Assembly: GCF_030652775.1 (NCBI RefSeq)
Contig: NZ_JAUSPS010000010.1
Coordinates: forward strand, 19,280 to 83,279
Origin: Acetobacterium sp.
GTDB taxonomy: Bacteria > Bacillota > Clostridia > Eubacteriales > Eubacteriaceae
Reading direction: 5' to 3'
DNA length: 64,000 bases
Below are positions 47,863-57,125 of this stretch, piece by piece. Positions within the stretch are counted from its first letter, which is position 1; every line of letters starts with the position of its first letter. Both the position numbers and the translations under genes were made by a program. A model generated the notes under the pieces. It ran no database searches. It saw only the letters and a list, made by a program, of their open reading frames with translations, and had not been told where the DNA came from.

Positions 47863-48827
47863 AATATTTTGAAAACAATGTATTGGCTCTGATGCCTTGT
47901 GCGGTTAAAGTGCCCATGGAAGCAACGATTGCCAGTTACATCAAAAATAAAAATCTTTCCCTAAAATATGAGATATTATCCAATGCCGTCGTCCAGGCTG
48001 ATTTTTTTGAAGAGCTTAAAACAATTGAGGATATTGATAAACTTCCGGATATCATGATTGCTCCGGGATTCAGCCGCTTTTTCTTTCCGGCATTTGTTGA
48101 ACGATTTATAAAAAAGGGCGCCTTCCAATCATCGCTTGACTTTGAGGTGTCAGAGGCTTATCAGGAATCAGGCGTTATTGACCCCAATGCTTACTACGAT
48201 ATCATCGCTGTCAACCCACTTATTTTTTTAGTTGATCAAACGAATTATCCCGATCTTGAGCCGCCAAAAAAATGGGCTGATCTTCTATCTTCGCAATATC
48301 AGCAGAAAATTGCCTTTAGAGGCCATACCGATGAGGATTTGTGTGAGGGCATCTTATTTGAAATCTATCATACCCATGGTATTGAAGGAATAGAACGGTT
48401 GGCTCGAAATATAAAATCAAGGCTGCATCCTTCACAGATGGTAGCCCTTGCCGGAAGCAAAAAAGAAGAAGCGCCCTTTATCAGCGTAATTCCTTTATCC
48501 TTTGCGAATCTTGTGAAGGAAAGCGACACGGTTCGGGTGATCTGGCCGGAAGACGGTGCTGTAATGAATCCGGTTGTCATGTTGACAAAAAAGGATTGCA
48601 GCCAGGATGCAAAGGACGTTTCAAGATACTTTATTAGTGAAGCGGTTGGCGCTTTATTTAGCGAGGTCGGTTTTTGCTCGCTCCGGCCGGGGCTTGAGGA
48701 AAGAATGCCCCACTTTGGAAAATACAAATGGATCGGTTGGGATTTTCTCCTTCAGACGGATGTAAAAAAACTTCATGATGAACTGAATCAGGTGGTTAAC
48801 ACACACTCACTGGAAAGGGTGAAATAG
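47859..48827 (+). CDS. Substrate-binding-protein-fold protein without a signal peptide
   Basis: PKKWADLL, VIWPEDGAVMNP, YFISEAVGALF fit the AfuA/spermidine-type SBP fold. The N-terminus has no hydrophobic leader. Confidence 0.7.
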   Translation: MKYFENNVLALMPCAVKVPMEATIASYIKNKNLSLKYEILSNAVVQADFFEELKTIEDIDKLPDIMIAPGFSRFFFPAFVERFIKKGAFQSSLDFEVSEAYQESGVIDPNAYYDIIAVNPLIFLVDQTNYPDLEPPKKWADLLSSQYQQKIAFRGHTDEDLCEGILFEIYHTHGIEGIERLARNIKSRLHPSQMVALAGSKKEEAPFISVIPLSFANLVKESDTVRVIWPEDGAVMNPVVMLTKKDCSQDAKDVSRYFISEAVGALFSEVGFCSLRPGLEERMPHFGKYKWIGWDFLLQTDVKKLHDELNQVVNTHSLERVK

Positions 48828-48828
48828 A

Positions 48829-49518
48829 ATGCGTCTCATTACCTTTTCCGGGCCGCCTTCATCGGGAAAAACATCAGTCATTATCAGCACCATCAGGGCT
48901 CTTAAAAATAATGGTGCGGATGTTGCGGTTGTAAAAATGGATTGCCTCACCTCCGACGACAAGGCACTCTATCAGAAAGAAAACATTCCGGTTGGGGTCG
49001 GACTTTCCGGCAATCTTTGTCCAGATCACTTCTTTATCACCAATATTGAAGAGTGTTTTGAGTGGGGAATTAAAAAAGCGGTCGACTATCTTATTACCGA
49101 AAGCGCCGGTCTTTGCAATCGCTGTTCTCCGCACATTTCCGGGGTTATGGCGGTCTGTGTGATTGATAACCTAATGGGTGTCAATACGCCTAAAAAAATT
49201 GGCCCCATGCTTAAAATGGCCGATATCGTAATCATTACAAAAGGGGATATCGTCTCTCAGGCTGAAAGAGAAGTCTTTGCCTTTAAGGTAAGACAAGCCA
49301 ACTCGAAATGTCTGATTCTCAATGTGAACGGGATAACCGGTCAAGGATGCACCGAATTTGCATCAATTTTAGCACAAGCCCAGGAACATGATGCGGTTAC
49401 CGATGAAAAACTGCGATTTTCCATGCCCGCCGCCGTCTGCTCCTATTGCCTGGGTGAGAAAAAAATCGGCAAGGCGTATCAATTAGGCAATATGCGAAAG
49501 GTCGAATTTCATGATTAA
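48829..49518 (+). CDS. HypB/UreG/CobW-type (G3E) metallochaperone GTPase
   Basis: GPPSSGKT, LSGNLCPDH, TESAGLCNRCSP, ITKGD, C-terminal CSYC. Confidence 0.85.
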   Translation: MRLITFSGPPSSGKTSVIISTIRALKNNGADVAVVKMDCLTSDDKALYQKENIPVGVGLSGNLCPDHFFITNIEECFEWGIKKAVDYLITESAGLCNRCSPHISGVMAVCVIDNLMGVNTPKKIGPMLKMADIVIITKGDIVSQAEREVFAFKVRQANSKCLILNVNGITGQGCTEFASILAQAQEHDAVTDEKLRFSMPAAVCSYCLGEKKIGKAYQLGNMRKVEFHD

Positions 49519-50509
49519 CTCAATACCCGACGAAAAGATTGCTATCATTCTCAAAACCTATGCTTATTGTCACGATTTTTTCGACGCCATTGTTATCGAT
49601 TATCCTCCACAAGAAAAGTATCATCTAACCGTCAACGAATATTTTGAGAGCCTCGATAGCTATGAACTCCAAACAAAAGGGGTTGAACAGGCAGATCTTG
49701 TCGACCAGTTTGTGTCGTTTTTGGAGAATATGGAAGCACGTCAAAAAAGCGTTCAGTGGAATATCGAGTCACTTACGATTGTCGGAGGACAGAACAAGCA
49801 TGGCGAACAGGAAAATGTCAGCATCTGTCTCAGACCAGGTGATGTCGTATCGATTGTTGGCCCAACCGGTTCCGGGAAAAGTCGCTTGCTGGGGGATATT
49901 GAATGGCTTGCTCAGGGTGATACCCCAACCAAACGACAGATATTGATAAATGATACCATCCCGCCTCAGTCTTGGCGGTTTTCCATTGAGCACAAACTCG
50001 TTGCCCAGCTTTCGCAGAACATGAATTTCGTCATGGATCTGACGGTGGCGGAATTTATAAAAATGCATGGCGAAAGCCGAATGATTGGTGATATCGAAGA
50101 AAAGATCCGCTTGATTCTGGAAAAGGCTAATGAACTTGCCGGTGAAGAAATATCCCTTGACACCCCTGTAACCGCACTTTCCGGAGGGCAGTCCCGAGCG
50201 CTGATGATTGCCGATACCGCTTTTTTGAGCTCCTCGCCGATTGTCCTGATTGATGAAATCGAAAATGCCGGAATTGATCGGAAAATAGCGATATCCCTAC
50301 TGGTTACGAATGAAAAAATTGTTTTGATCGCAACCCATGATCCGGTTCTGGCGCTCAGTGCCGAAAGGCGAATTGTCATCAAGAATGGCGGGATTGAAAA
50401 AATAATTGCAACCTCCCGGACTGAAAAAGAACTTCTGCATGAACTTGAAGCGTTAAATCAGAAGCTGATGAACTATCGGGAACGCCTAAGAACGGGAGGA
50501 AGCTTCTGA
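49511..50509 (+). CDS. ABC-type ATPase with N-terminal extension
   Basis: GPTGSGKS, LSGGQ, LIDEIENAG, ATHD. Confidence 0.88.
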   Translation: MINSIPDEKIAIILKTYAYCHDFFDAIVIDYPPQEKYHLTVNEYFESLDSYELQTKGVEQADLVDQFVSFLENMEARQKSVQWNIESLTIVGGQNKHGEQENVSICLRPGDVVSIVGPTGSGKSRLLGDIEWLAQGDTPTKRQILINDTIPPQSWRFSIEHKLVAQLSQNMNFVMDLTVAEFIKMHGESRMIGDIEEKIRLILEKANELAGEEISLDTPVTALSGGQSRALMIADTAFLSSSPIVLIDEIENAGIDRKIAISLLVTNEKIVLIATHDPVLALSAERRIVIKNGGIEKIIATSRTEKELLHELEALNQKLMNYRERLRTGGSF

Positions 50510-50513
50510 TTAG

Positions 50514-50581
50514 CTATTACCCGAAACGTTCCCGTGTCATAGGGCAGACTATACCCTTGACGAATTTCAGAATGACAAAGG
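50514..50581. repeat. REP-like element (minus strand) with a partial oppositely oriented copy
   Basis: Reverse complement of 50514-50540 = ATGACACGGGAACGTTTCGG...; partial ATGACAAAGG at 50572-50581. Confidence 0.6.
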
Positions 50582-50628
50582 CGGCCTCGGGCAATTAATA
50601 TAATCTGAATCGTGAAAGGAGACATTAT

Positions 50629-51225
50629 ATGAATTTAGAAACAGCGTGCTTAGAGCTTAGAAATTACCATATAGAGGATTTGGAAAATTATTACAAACTG
50701 AAATCTTGCAATGAGGTTTGGAAATATTCCACCTATATTCCGCTAACAGATATAATTCAAGCGAAAGAGGAACTTGAAAAAAATATTTCAATGCAATCTA
50801 CTAAAGAGTCCGTTTTTTGCGCCTTATTTGAAAAAGATACAAATAATTATATTGGAGAGGCTGGTATTATTTCAGTTAACAAAAATGCCAATCGATGTGT
50901 GGTCGGATATAATTTATTGCCTTGCTTTTGGAATAAAGGATATGCAACAGAAATAACAAGATGCTTAATTGCATATGCTTTTAACATCTTAGGGTTTGAG
51001 AGGGTGGAAGCCTTGGCCGATATACAAAACATACCATCTTGTAGAGTGCTTGAAAAATCGGGTATGCTTAGGGAAGGTGTGCTAAAGCATTTCGCAAAAA
51101 TCAATGATTGTTATCATGATATTTGCTATTATGGAATAACAATAGATGTCTATTTCATAAATGAGCAAAACCTAGCGCCGGACAAGTTAAACTGGACTTC
51201 CCATTATGAACTATCGCATAATTAG
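50629..51225 (+). CDS. GNAT acetyltransferase, RimJ/RimL family
   Basis: GYNLLPCFWNKGYATE, NIPSCRVLEKSGM. Confidence 0.9.
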   Translation: MNLETACLELRNYHIEDLENYYKLKSCNEVWKYSTYIPLTDIIQAKEELEKNISMQSTKESVFCALFEKDTNNYIGEAGIISVNKNANRCVVGYNLLPCFWNKGYATEITRCLIAYAFNILGFERVEALADIQNIPSCRVLEKSGMLREGVLKHFAKINDCYHDICYYGITIDVYFINEQNLAPDKLNWTSHYELSHN

Positions 51226-51880
51226 TTTTGATATCTTTCAGACGCTGGTGGATGTCAACGAACGTATCCCCGAAATCTGGCGCGGCATTTTGAAAGACAG
51301 TTACACTGATGAAAAAGCAATGCAGGGTGCAAAAGCAATTTTAAGCACCTTGCCCAACGTTTATGAGAAGGCTGTGCAATCGGAACAGTTTAAAACAATG
51401 GCTGAAGTGTATCAGGAATGTGCTCGAAAGGCCATGGAAAAATTAAATTTTAAGACTTCACCACAGGAAGTGGCATATAATTTGATGTACCAGCATGCCA
51501 AGGCACCCTTTTATCATGACGTCTTGGACTGCATTGCAAAACTCCGCCAAAAATATCAAATTATCCTTTCCAGCGATTCCAACCATTTGATGGTTGATGA
51601 TTTGATTTGCAAGATAACATATGATAAGGCATTCATTTCAGACGACCTTAAAAGCTACAAAGGTGATAAACGCGGTAAATTCTTTCGTACCGTATTGAGC
51701 CAACTAGATACAGACCCAAAGGAAATCATACATATTGGTGATAGTTCTGCGGATGTTTTAGGTGCTCACAGGGCTGGAATCACAAGCTGCTGGATTAATA
51801 GAGATAACCGAAAATGGAACAACCCCATAAAGCCTGACTTTATCATTCAGAATTTTAATGATTTAGCAGATATTTTATGA
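51206..51880 (+). CDS. HAD-family hydrolase
   Basis: ISFDIFQTLVD, SYK, HIGDSSADVLGA. Confidence 0.88.
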   Translation: MNYRIISFDIFQTLVDVNERIPEIWRGILKDSYTDEKAMQGAKAILSTLPNVYEKAVQSEQFKTMAEVYQECARKAMEKLNFKTSPQEVAYNLMYQHAKAPFYHDVLDCIAKLRQKYQIILSSDSNHLMVDDLICKITYDKAFISDDLKSYKGDKRGKFFRTVLSQLDTDPKEIIHIGDSSADVLGAHRAGITSCWINRDNRKWNNPIKPDFIIQNFNDLADIL

Positions 51881-51896
51881 AACAGAAAGAGCGCAA

Positions 51897-52106
51897 ATGA
51901 AACGACTGATATTAGTAGATGACACGATGGTCGCGGGCAAAACTGCCACCTGCACAGAGCTTTCCAAACTCTTTGACCCCAACGTTTTTTTTGGACGGGA
52001 CTGGTATTGGATGATAAGTTCGGTTGAAATTGATGTGCGTGCGATTACGGTGCTGCAAGCCGCAAAACAAATACATAACGTGCGGAGCCAAGGATATAAC
52101 GTATGA
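51897..52106 (+). pseudogene. Degenerate AAA/nucleotide kinase-like fragment
   Basis: MKRLILVDDTMVAGKTATC...DWYW shows a decayed P-loop; only 69 aa. Confidence 0.55.
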
Positions 52107-52639
52107 AAAAAGTGTACCTGCCCAACATAATAACTTCATGCCGGATTTTTTTATCTCTCGGTTTGTTGTTTATTGACTTTCGCAGTGTTCTTTTTATATT
52201 GGTATACCTGATATGCGGCTTAACGGATCTGTTGGATGGCTATATAGCTCGGAGAATCGGCAGTGAAACCTTGCTTGGGGCAAAGCTGGACAGCATTGCA
52301 GACTTGTTCATGAGCGGTATGATCATCATTACGGTGATGAAACAAAATCAGATTACGATGCTGATATTTGCCGTAATTATTATTGTTTTCATCCTGCGAA
52401 TTGGAAATGCCGTGTTTTCAAAAATCAAATTTAGAAAGATATCATTTATTCATACGATTGCTAATAAAATAACGGGTCTGTTTTTCTTTTTCTGCCCATT
52501 AGTCTATACCTTGTGGGGCAATAATCTACTCATCATAACGGGAATTTTAGCTTTTCTGGCAGCCATTGAAGAGTTCCTTATCATCCTCACCTCAAAAACC
52601 TTAGACCTAAACAGAACAAGCATTTTTTCAAAGTGCTGA
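52103..52639 (+). CDS. CDP-alcohol phosphatidyltransferase
   Basis: TDLLDGYIARRIGSETLLGAKLDSIAD motif. Confidence 0.93.
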   Translation: MKKVYLPNIITSCRIFLSLGLLFIDFRSVLFILVYLICGLTDLLDGYIARRIGSETLLGAKLDSIADLFMSGMIIITVMKQNQITMLIFAVIIIVFILRIGNAVFSKIKFRKISFIHTIANKITGLFFFFCPLVYTLWGNNLLIITGILAFLAAIEEFLIILTSKTLDLNRTSIFSKC

Positions 52640-52677
52640 TGAAAAAAAAATCTAATAATTGAAGGAGATGAGCCATA

Positions 52678-53367
52678 TTGAATGTATTGGATTTAGGCAT
52701 AAACAAAATTGGTTTAATTTTTGATTTTAATGGTACATTGTTTTGGGATTCGGACAAACATGAGCTAGCATGGCGGATATTTATCAAAGAGTTGTGCAAT
52801 AGAGATATTAGTGATAGCGAATTTTTGCAATATGTGCACGGGCGTAACAATGACTTTATACTAGGTTATTTTCTCGAAAAAAGTTTATCGGTAGATGTAA
52901 TTGATGATCTGTCGGAGAAAAAAGAAATTATTTATCGCAACCTCTGTACCGAAGATGCGATGAATTTACAATTAGCGCCTGGTGCGATCCGATTGTTGGA
53001 TAATTTAAAAAAGTATAATATCCCAAGAACAATTGCAACGGCATCAACAAAAATCAATGTTGATTTTTACAGAAAAATATTTCAATTAAGTAAGTGGTTT
53101 GATAATGACAAAATCATTTACAATGATGGCACGATAAAAGGAAAACCAAACCCCGATATTTATATAAAAGCGGCCAACATGATACAAGTTGACGTCCAAA
53201 ATTGTGTCGTGATCGAAGATGCGATATCTGGAATACAGTCAGCATACAAAGCCGGAATTGGAAAGATTATAGCCATTTCACCCAAAGATAGACAGGCGCT
53301 TTTCGAAGATATGAAAGAGGTTGATTGCATAATTAATGATTTTAATGAAGTGGACTGTGAGAGGTAA
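52678..53367 (+). CDS. HAD phosphatase (beta-PGM/CbbY-like)
   Basis: FDFNGTLFWD, ATAS, GKPNPDIY, VIEDAISGI. The second motif-I Asp is replaced by Asn. Confidence 0.85.
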   Translation: MNVLDLGINKIGLIFDFNGTLFWDSDKHELAWRIFIKELCNRDISDSEFLQYVHGRNNDFILGYFLEKSLSVDVIDDLSEKKEIIYRNLCTEDAMNLQLAPGAIRLLDNLKKYNIPRTIATASTKINVDFYRKIFQLSKWFDNDKIIYNDGTIKGKPNPDIYIKAANMIQVDVQNCVVIEDAISGIQSAYKAGIGKIIAISPKDRQALFEDMKEVDCIINDFNEVDCER

Positions 53368-53433
53368 GAGGGAGATCAGGTCATTCAATCAGTTTCGTTA
53401 TTCATAAAAGTTTAACACCTCAGTAAATTTTTC

Positions 53434-53492
53434 TTGACTTATGTTTGCATTGATATATAATAGCACTACCGACTGATCAGTCTGTAGTGCTA
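53434..53492 (+). promoter_or_regulatory. Promoter with a long palindromic operator, facing the 3' end of tetR
   Basis: TTGACT(53434)...TATAAT(53456-53461); TAGCACTACCGACTGATCAGTCTGTAGTGCTA palindrome at 53461-53492. Confidence 0.6.
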
Positions 53493-53566
53493 TTGTCATT
53501 TCCCGATGAAAGGAAGTTTCTATAAAACCAGTCACTATTAATTTATCGTATGCCGTACCGTGTGGC

Positions 53567-54172
53567 TCATTCTGTGTCCGTGGCAATTCCGGATAACAGC
53601 ATTTTGATCGCATTGATATGCAAGGCCGCATATTCATCACCGCTTAAATGAGGCATCGTCAAACAGAGTTGGGTGGCGCCTGATAACAAGGACATGACGG
53701 CAAAACTCAATGACTCAACATCGTCTCCTTTTAAAACCTGTTGATCAACACCGCTCTTCACGATCTCTTTAATCGCATTCGATATTACCTCATAGATCGC
53801 CATTATCACCGGTAAAACCTCGGAGTCATCGGTGAGCGTATTCGCAAATTCCATAGCTGAACTAAGTAAAGGGTTTTCGCAATCTCGGCCATAGTGATCT
53901 GCCAGCGCGAGCAACTGTTCGGTTGGCGACATCGATTGAAATTCTGGATTAAGCCAGCTGTTGGTCAGTTGGGTAACGTGAAGATCGAGAAGCTGAAGAT
54001 AAATATCTTCTTTGTTTTTAAAATGATGATAGATATTGCCTTTACTCATCGACGTTAATTGACATAGGTCGTCCATTGTGGCTTTATCATAGCCTTTGTC
54101 GATGAATAACGAGCGTGCATGGGATAAAATAAATGCTTTAGCTTCATTGGCCGGTAATCTGTTTCTTGACAC
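53567..54172 (-). CDS. TetR/AcrR-family regulator
   Basis: ARSLFIDKGYDKATMDDLCQLTSMSKGNIYHHFKNKE. GTG start at 54172 behind GGAGGG. Confidence 0.92.
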   Translation of the reverse strand: MSRNRLPANEAKAFILSHARSLFIDKGYDKATMDDLCQLTSMSKGNIYHHFKNKEDIYLQLLDLHVTQLTNSWLNPEFQSMSPTEQLLALADHYGRDCENPLLSSAMEFANTLTDDSEVLPVIMAIYEVISNAIKEIVKSGVDQQVLKGDDVESLSFAVMSLLSGATQLCLTMPHLSGDEYAALHINAIKMLLSGIATDTE

Positions 54173-54294
54173 AATGCCCTCCGTGGGGATCCGTTCTGGG
54201 GATCCGTTCTCTTCATAATTTGATAAATTCAATTAAAGACAATTATAACAGAAAGTCTAACGAATATACACTCAACAAAGAAAGGAAGATCAAA

Positions 54295-55506
54295 ATGAAA
54301 GAATTATTTCAAAACAAAGTATTTAGAATTATTATGACTACCGATGCAATCCAACTGCTATGCATCTGGATCCGAAATATGGCGGTACTATTCTTTATCA
54401 TTGAAAAAACCAATGCCAATCCAATTGCGATTTCATTGATTACAATTTTTGAATATCTGCCTATATTTGTGTTTTCATATCTGGGCGGCACCCTCGCCGA
54501 TAAATGGAATCCCAAGCGAACCATGATTGCCGGGGACTTCTTAAGCAGTATTTCGGTCGTCGTTATTCTTTTACTCATCAATCAAGGTTTGTGGCAAACC
54601 GTTTTTGCCGCCACCCTTGTCTCTTCAATGGTAAGTCAGTTCTCAGCCCCTTCGTCAGTGATCATGTTCAAACGAAATATTGATGAACAACTCATCACCC
54701 CGGCGATTTCACTATCTCAAGGGTTGCAATCCCTCTATCTTATCATTGGGCCGATTATTGGCACGTTGCTCTATAAAGGCCTCGGCATTAGCTTTTCGCT
54801 GACAATCATCGCCATTCTGTTTTTATGCTCCGCGATGGTACAATTCTTATTACCCGCCAGCCCCAGAAAGGCTGATTATATTAAGCCCAATCTGTTAGCT
54901 CAGATGAAGGAAGGCCTGGTCTATATCAATAATGATAAAGGGTTAACAGTTCTTTGTTCGGTGTTAGGATTGTTTGGTTTTGCCCAAGGTCTGATTCAAC
55001 CGCTGACCATTTTTATCCTGACCGATAGACTGCGCATCGAAACTGAAAGTCTCCAATGGTTCTATTCGCTATCCGGGGTGGGACTTCTTATTGGTGCAAT
55101 TATCTCCATGTCAATCGTCAGTAAATATAAAACCAGAATGATCTTGTTTTTGGGGATGATCGCTTTTGCCGCTGTCACAATCGCCGAAGCGCTATCAACC
55201 GTAGTGATTCTTACTGCGATGCTATATTTCTTATCTGGCTTAATCATCGCTTTTGTTCAAGTCGCAATCAGCGTGCCATTGATTCAAAATGTTCAGGAAG
55301 ATTATATCGGCAGAATCAACGGCCTGATCACCCCGTTGTTGATTGCGGGAATTCTAATCGGTACCGCATTATCCGGTGTTTTAATCGAACAACTCACTTT
55401 AATTCCGGTGTTTATGTTATCCGCATTTACTCTGATTATTTGCGGCGTCATCAGCCTGGGATACCAAAGCGCACCTGAACCTGTTGAGTTTGACCGCGCA
55501 CCGTAG
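54295..55506 (+). CDS. MFS transporter (macrolide-efflux/H+ antiporter-like)
   Basis: 12 TM; GGTLADKWNPKRTM, YIGRING. Start at ATG 54295. Confidence 0.9.
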   Translation: MKELFQNKVFRIIMTTDAIQLLCIWIRNMAVLFFIIEKTNANPIAISLITIFEYLPIFVFSYLGGTLADKWNPKRTMIAGDFLSSISVVVILLLINQGLWQTVFAATLVSSMVSQFSAPSSVIMFKRNIDEQLITPAISLSQGLQSLYLIIGPIIGTLLYKGLGISFSLTIIAILFLCSAMVQFLLPASPRKADYIKPNLLAQMKEGLVYINNDKGLTVLCSVLGLFGFAQGLIQPLTIFILTDRLRIETESLQWFYSLSGVGLLIGAIISMSIVSKYKTRMILFLGMIAFAAVTIAEALSTVVILTAMLYFLSGLIIAFVQVAISVPLIQNVQEDYIGRINGLITPLLIAGILIGTALSGVLIEQLTLIPVFMLSAFTLIICGVISLGYQSAPEPVEFDRAP

Positions 55507-55552
55507 ATTCTGACCAACGATGCGCCCCACCTCATATGCTACAATTGCTTCC

Positions 55553-55727
55553 GTTACGCTATTGAAATCTTCCAAACCGCTTTCGACATTCGCTGTTCTG
55601 ACTCAGCGTGTCGGGAAACTGTTCATCACTTGGTCTAATTTTTAGGTTGATTTCCAGGCAGTCAGCCTGGTTTTCTTCCTCCGAAAAACGAACAAAATCT
55701 GCCGCTGTCGGAAAATAATCTTTGATC
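55553..55727 (-). pseudogene. Fused remnant of the RAYT transposase and the nitroreductase 3' tail
   Basis: 55582-55727 translates IKDYFPTAADFVRFSEEENQADCLEINLK... (compare 58180-58320). 55553-55581 matches 57125-57153 at 28/29 nt. Confidence 0.85.
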
Positions 55728-56157
55728 ACTCCTCGCTTCCACCTTCACCAATTACAATTTTTTTGGTAAAATATGTATGCCTGATATCTGCCACCTGCTC
55801 AACCCAGTTGTCGATGCCTATTTTTTTCATCAGGCAAAGGTTATACAATTTTATATTCTGCGGAAATTTTCCAGCTCCGTCTGCCAGAGGCATCAGATAT
55901 TTACACGGAAAGTCAACGCAATTGAAGCAATAGTCAACGCCCTTTTGTTTAACACAATCAAGTGTTTTGCAACTTTTCCCCTGCATTTTCAAAAGCAGAC
56001 ATATATTCCCTTCCGTACAGCCTTTACAGGTTATTTTTTCTTTCGGTATCTTCGTTGACTCTGACAATCTTTTCTGAAATTCATCGGTAACATTATCCTC
56101 GTACATTTCACAGTTAAAGCAATCAATCCCACATGGTGCAACAATTTTTTCTTTCAT
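55726..56157 (-). CDS. DUF3795-family Cys-rich protein
   Basis: APCGIDCFNC, CKGC, C...C...C, YCFNCVDFPC. Confidence 0.85.
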   Translation of the reverse strand: MKEKIVAPCGIDCFNCEMYEDNVTDEFQKRLSESTKIPKEKITCKGCTEGNICLLLKMQGKSCKTLDCVKQKGVDYCFNCVDFPCKYLMPLADGAGKFPQNIKLYNLCLMKKIGIDNWVEQVADIRHTYFTKKIVIGEGGSEE

Positions 56158-56240
56158 AATCGATATCCTCCAAATAATTATTTCAGCAATTCTGTTTAAA
56201 ATTGCTTTATATTATTTTAGATACTTGTTTATAAAAAAGG

Positions 56241-57026
56241 TTACACAATATCAGCTGTTAATTTTTTAATTTTCTCCGATACTTCTTTTTTGTCATGTTT
56301 TTGTTCTACGGTATATAGATAGGCAATCTTTTTAAGTAATGACAGATTTTTAAAATGCGCCTTTCGTAATTCATCTGTTTTTGGCTGGTTATAGCCCGTC
56401 GGAAGTGGAAGACGATGATCATTCATATATTTTACCCATAGCTGGCATTTACATGGCTTCTGGGGATCAATTAAACTGCATCTCATTTCAAATAACTCCT
56501 GAAGATGCTTTCTTCCTCTGAATAGCGTAACCTTAACGTTTTCAACTGACATATCCAGGATCTCGGCTATTTCTTTGTTTTTAAGATTGGTACAGGTTTT
56601 TAGTAAAAAACATACCCGTTGGTTTTTGGGCAGGCATTTTAAAAAAGCTTGCAGACATTTTTCGCGCAGTTCATCCATCACCAAATCATCGTCAAAATCA
56701 CAATTGTATTCGATGCTTTCAAAGAATTCTTTTTCTGTAACTCCTAAGTTTTCAGTTATTCTAACCAAGGGCAGCTTGTTTATATATTTGAAATGCTTGT
56801 AGCACTCGTTTATAACAATCCGGTATAGCCAAGTGAATAGCTTTGATTCTCTCCTGAATTTACTTAAATTTTTATATGCATTTAAAAACGAGTTTTGAAG
56901 AATATCCTCAGCATCCTGCTGATTATCAATCATTCTGAATGCACAGGCATATAATTTATCATAATCCTGTATGATCAGATTCTCCAGTTCCATTTGCAAA
57001 TCGATGTAATCAGTATTGTTACTCAT
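56241..57026 (-). CDS. ECF sigma factor with a Cys-rich C-terminal extension
   Basis: Region 2 DAEDILQNSFL...FTWLYRIVINECY; region 4 EIAEILDMSVENVKVTLFRGR; extension RCSLIDPQKPCKC. Start at ATG 57026. Confidence 0.9.
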   Translation of the reverse strand: MSNNTDYIDLQMELENLIIQDYDKLYACAFRMIDNQQDAEDILQNSFLNAYKNLSKFRRESKLFTWLYRIVINECYKHFKYINKLPLVRITENLGVTEKEFFESIEYNCDFDDDLVMDELREKCLQAFLKCLPKNQRVCFLLKTCTNLKNKEIAEILDMSVENVKVTLFRGRKHLQELFEMRCSLIDPQKPCKCQLWVKYMNDHRLPLPTGYNQPKTDELRKAHFKNLSLLKKIAYLYTVEQKHDKKEVSEKIKKLTADIV

Positions 57027-57125
57027 AATTATCACGATGTTTCCACTGGAAACAAACCTCCTTTTTGGAATGCTCGGCATTTGCGAAATGCCACAAATCA
57101 TTCTGACCGTTCGCCAGCCTTCAGG

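Noticed and set aside
54184-54209. 13-bp tandem duplication TGGGGATCCGTTC x2 upstream of tetR
   Set aside because: Real but only two units; probably a slippage event with no evident function.
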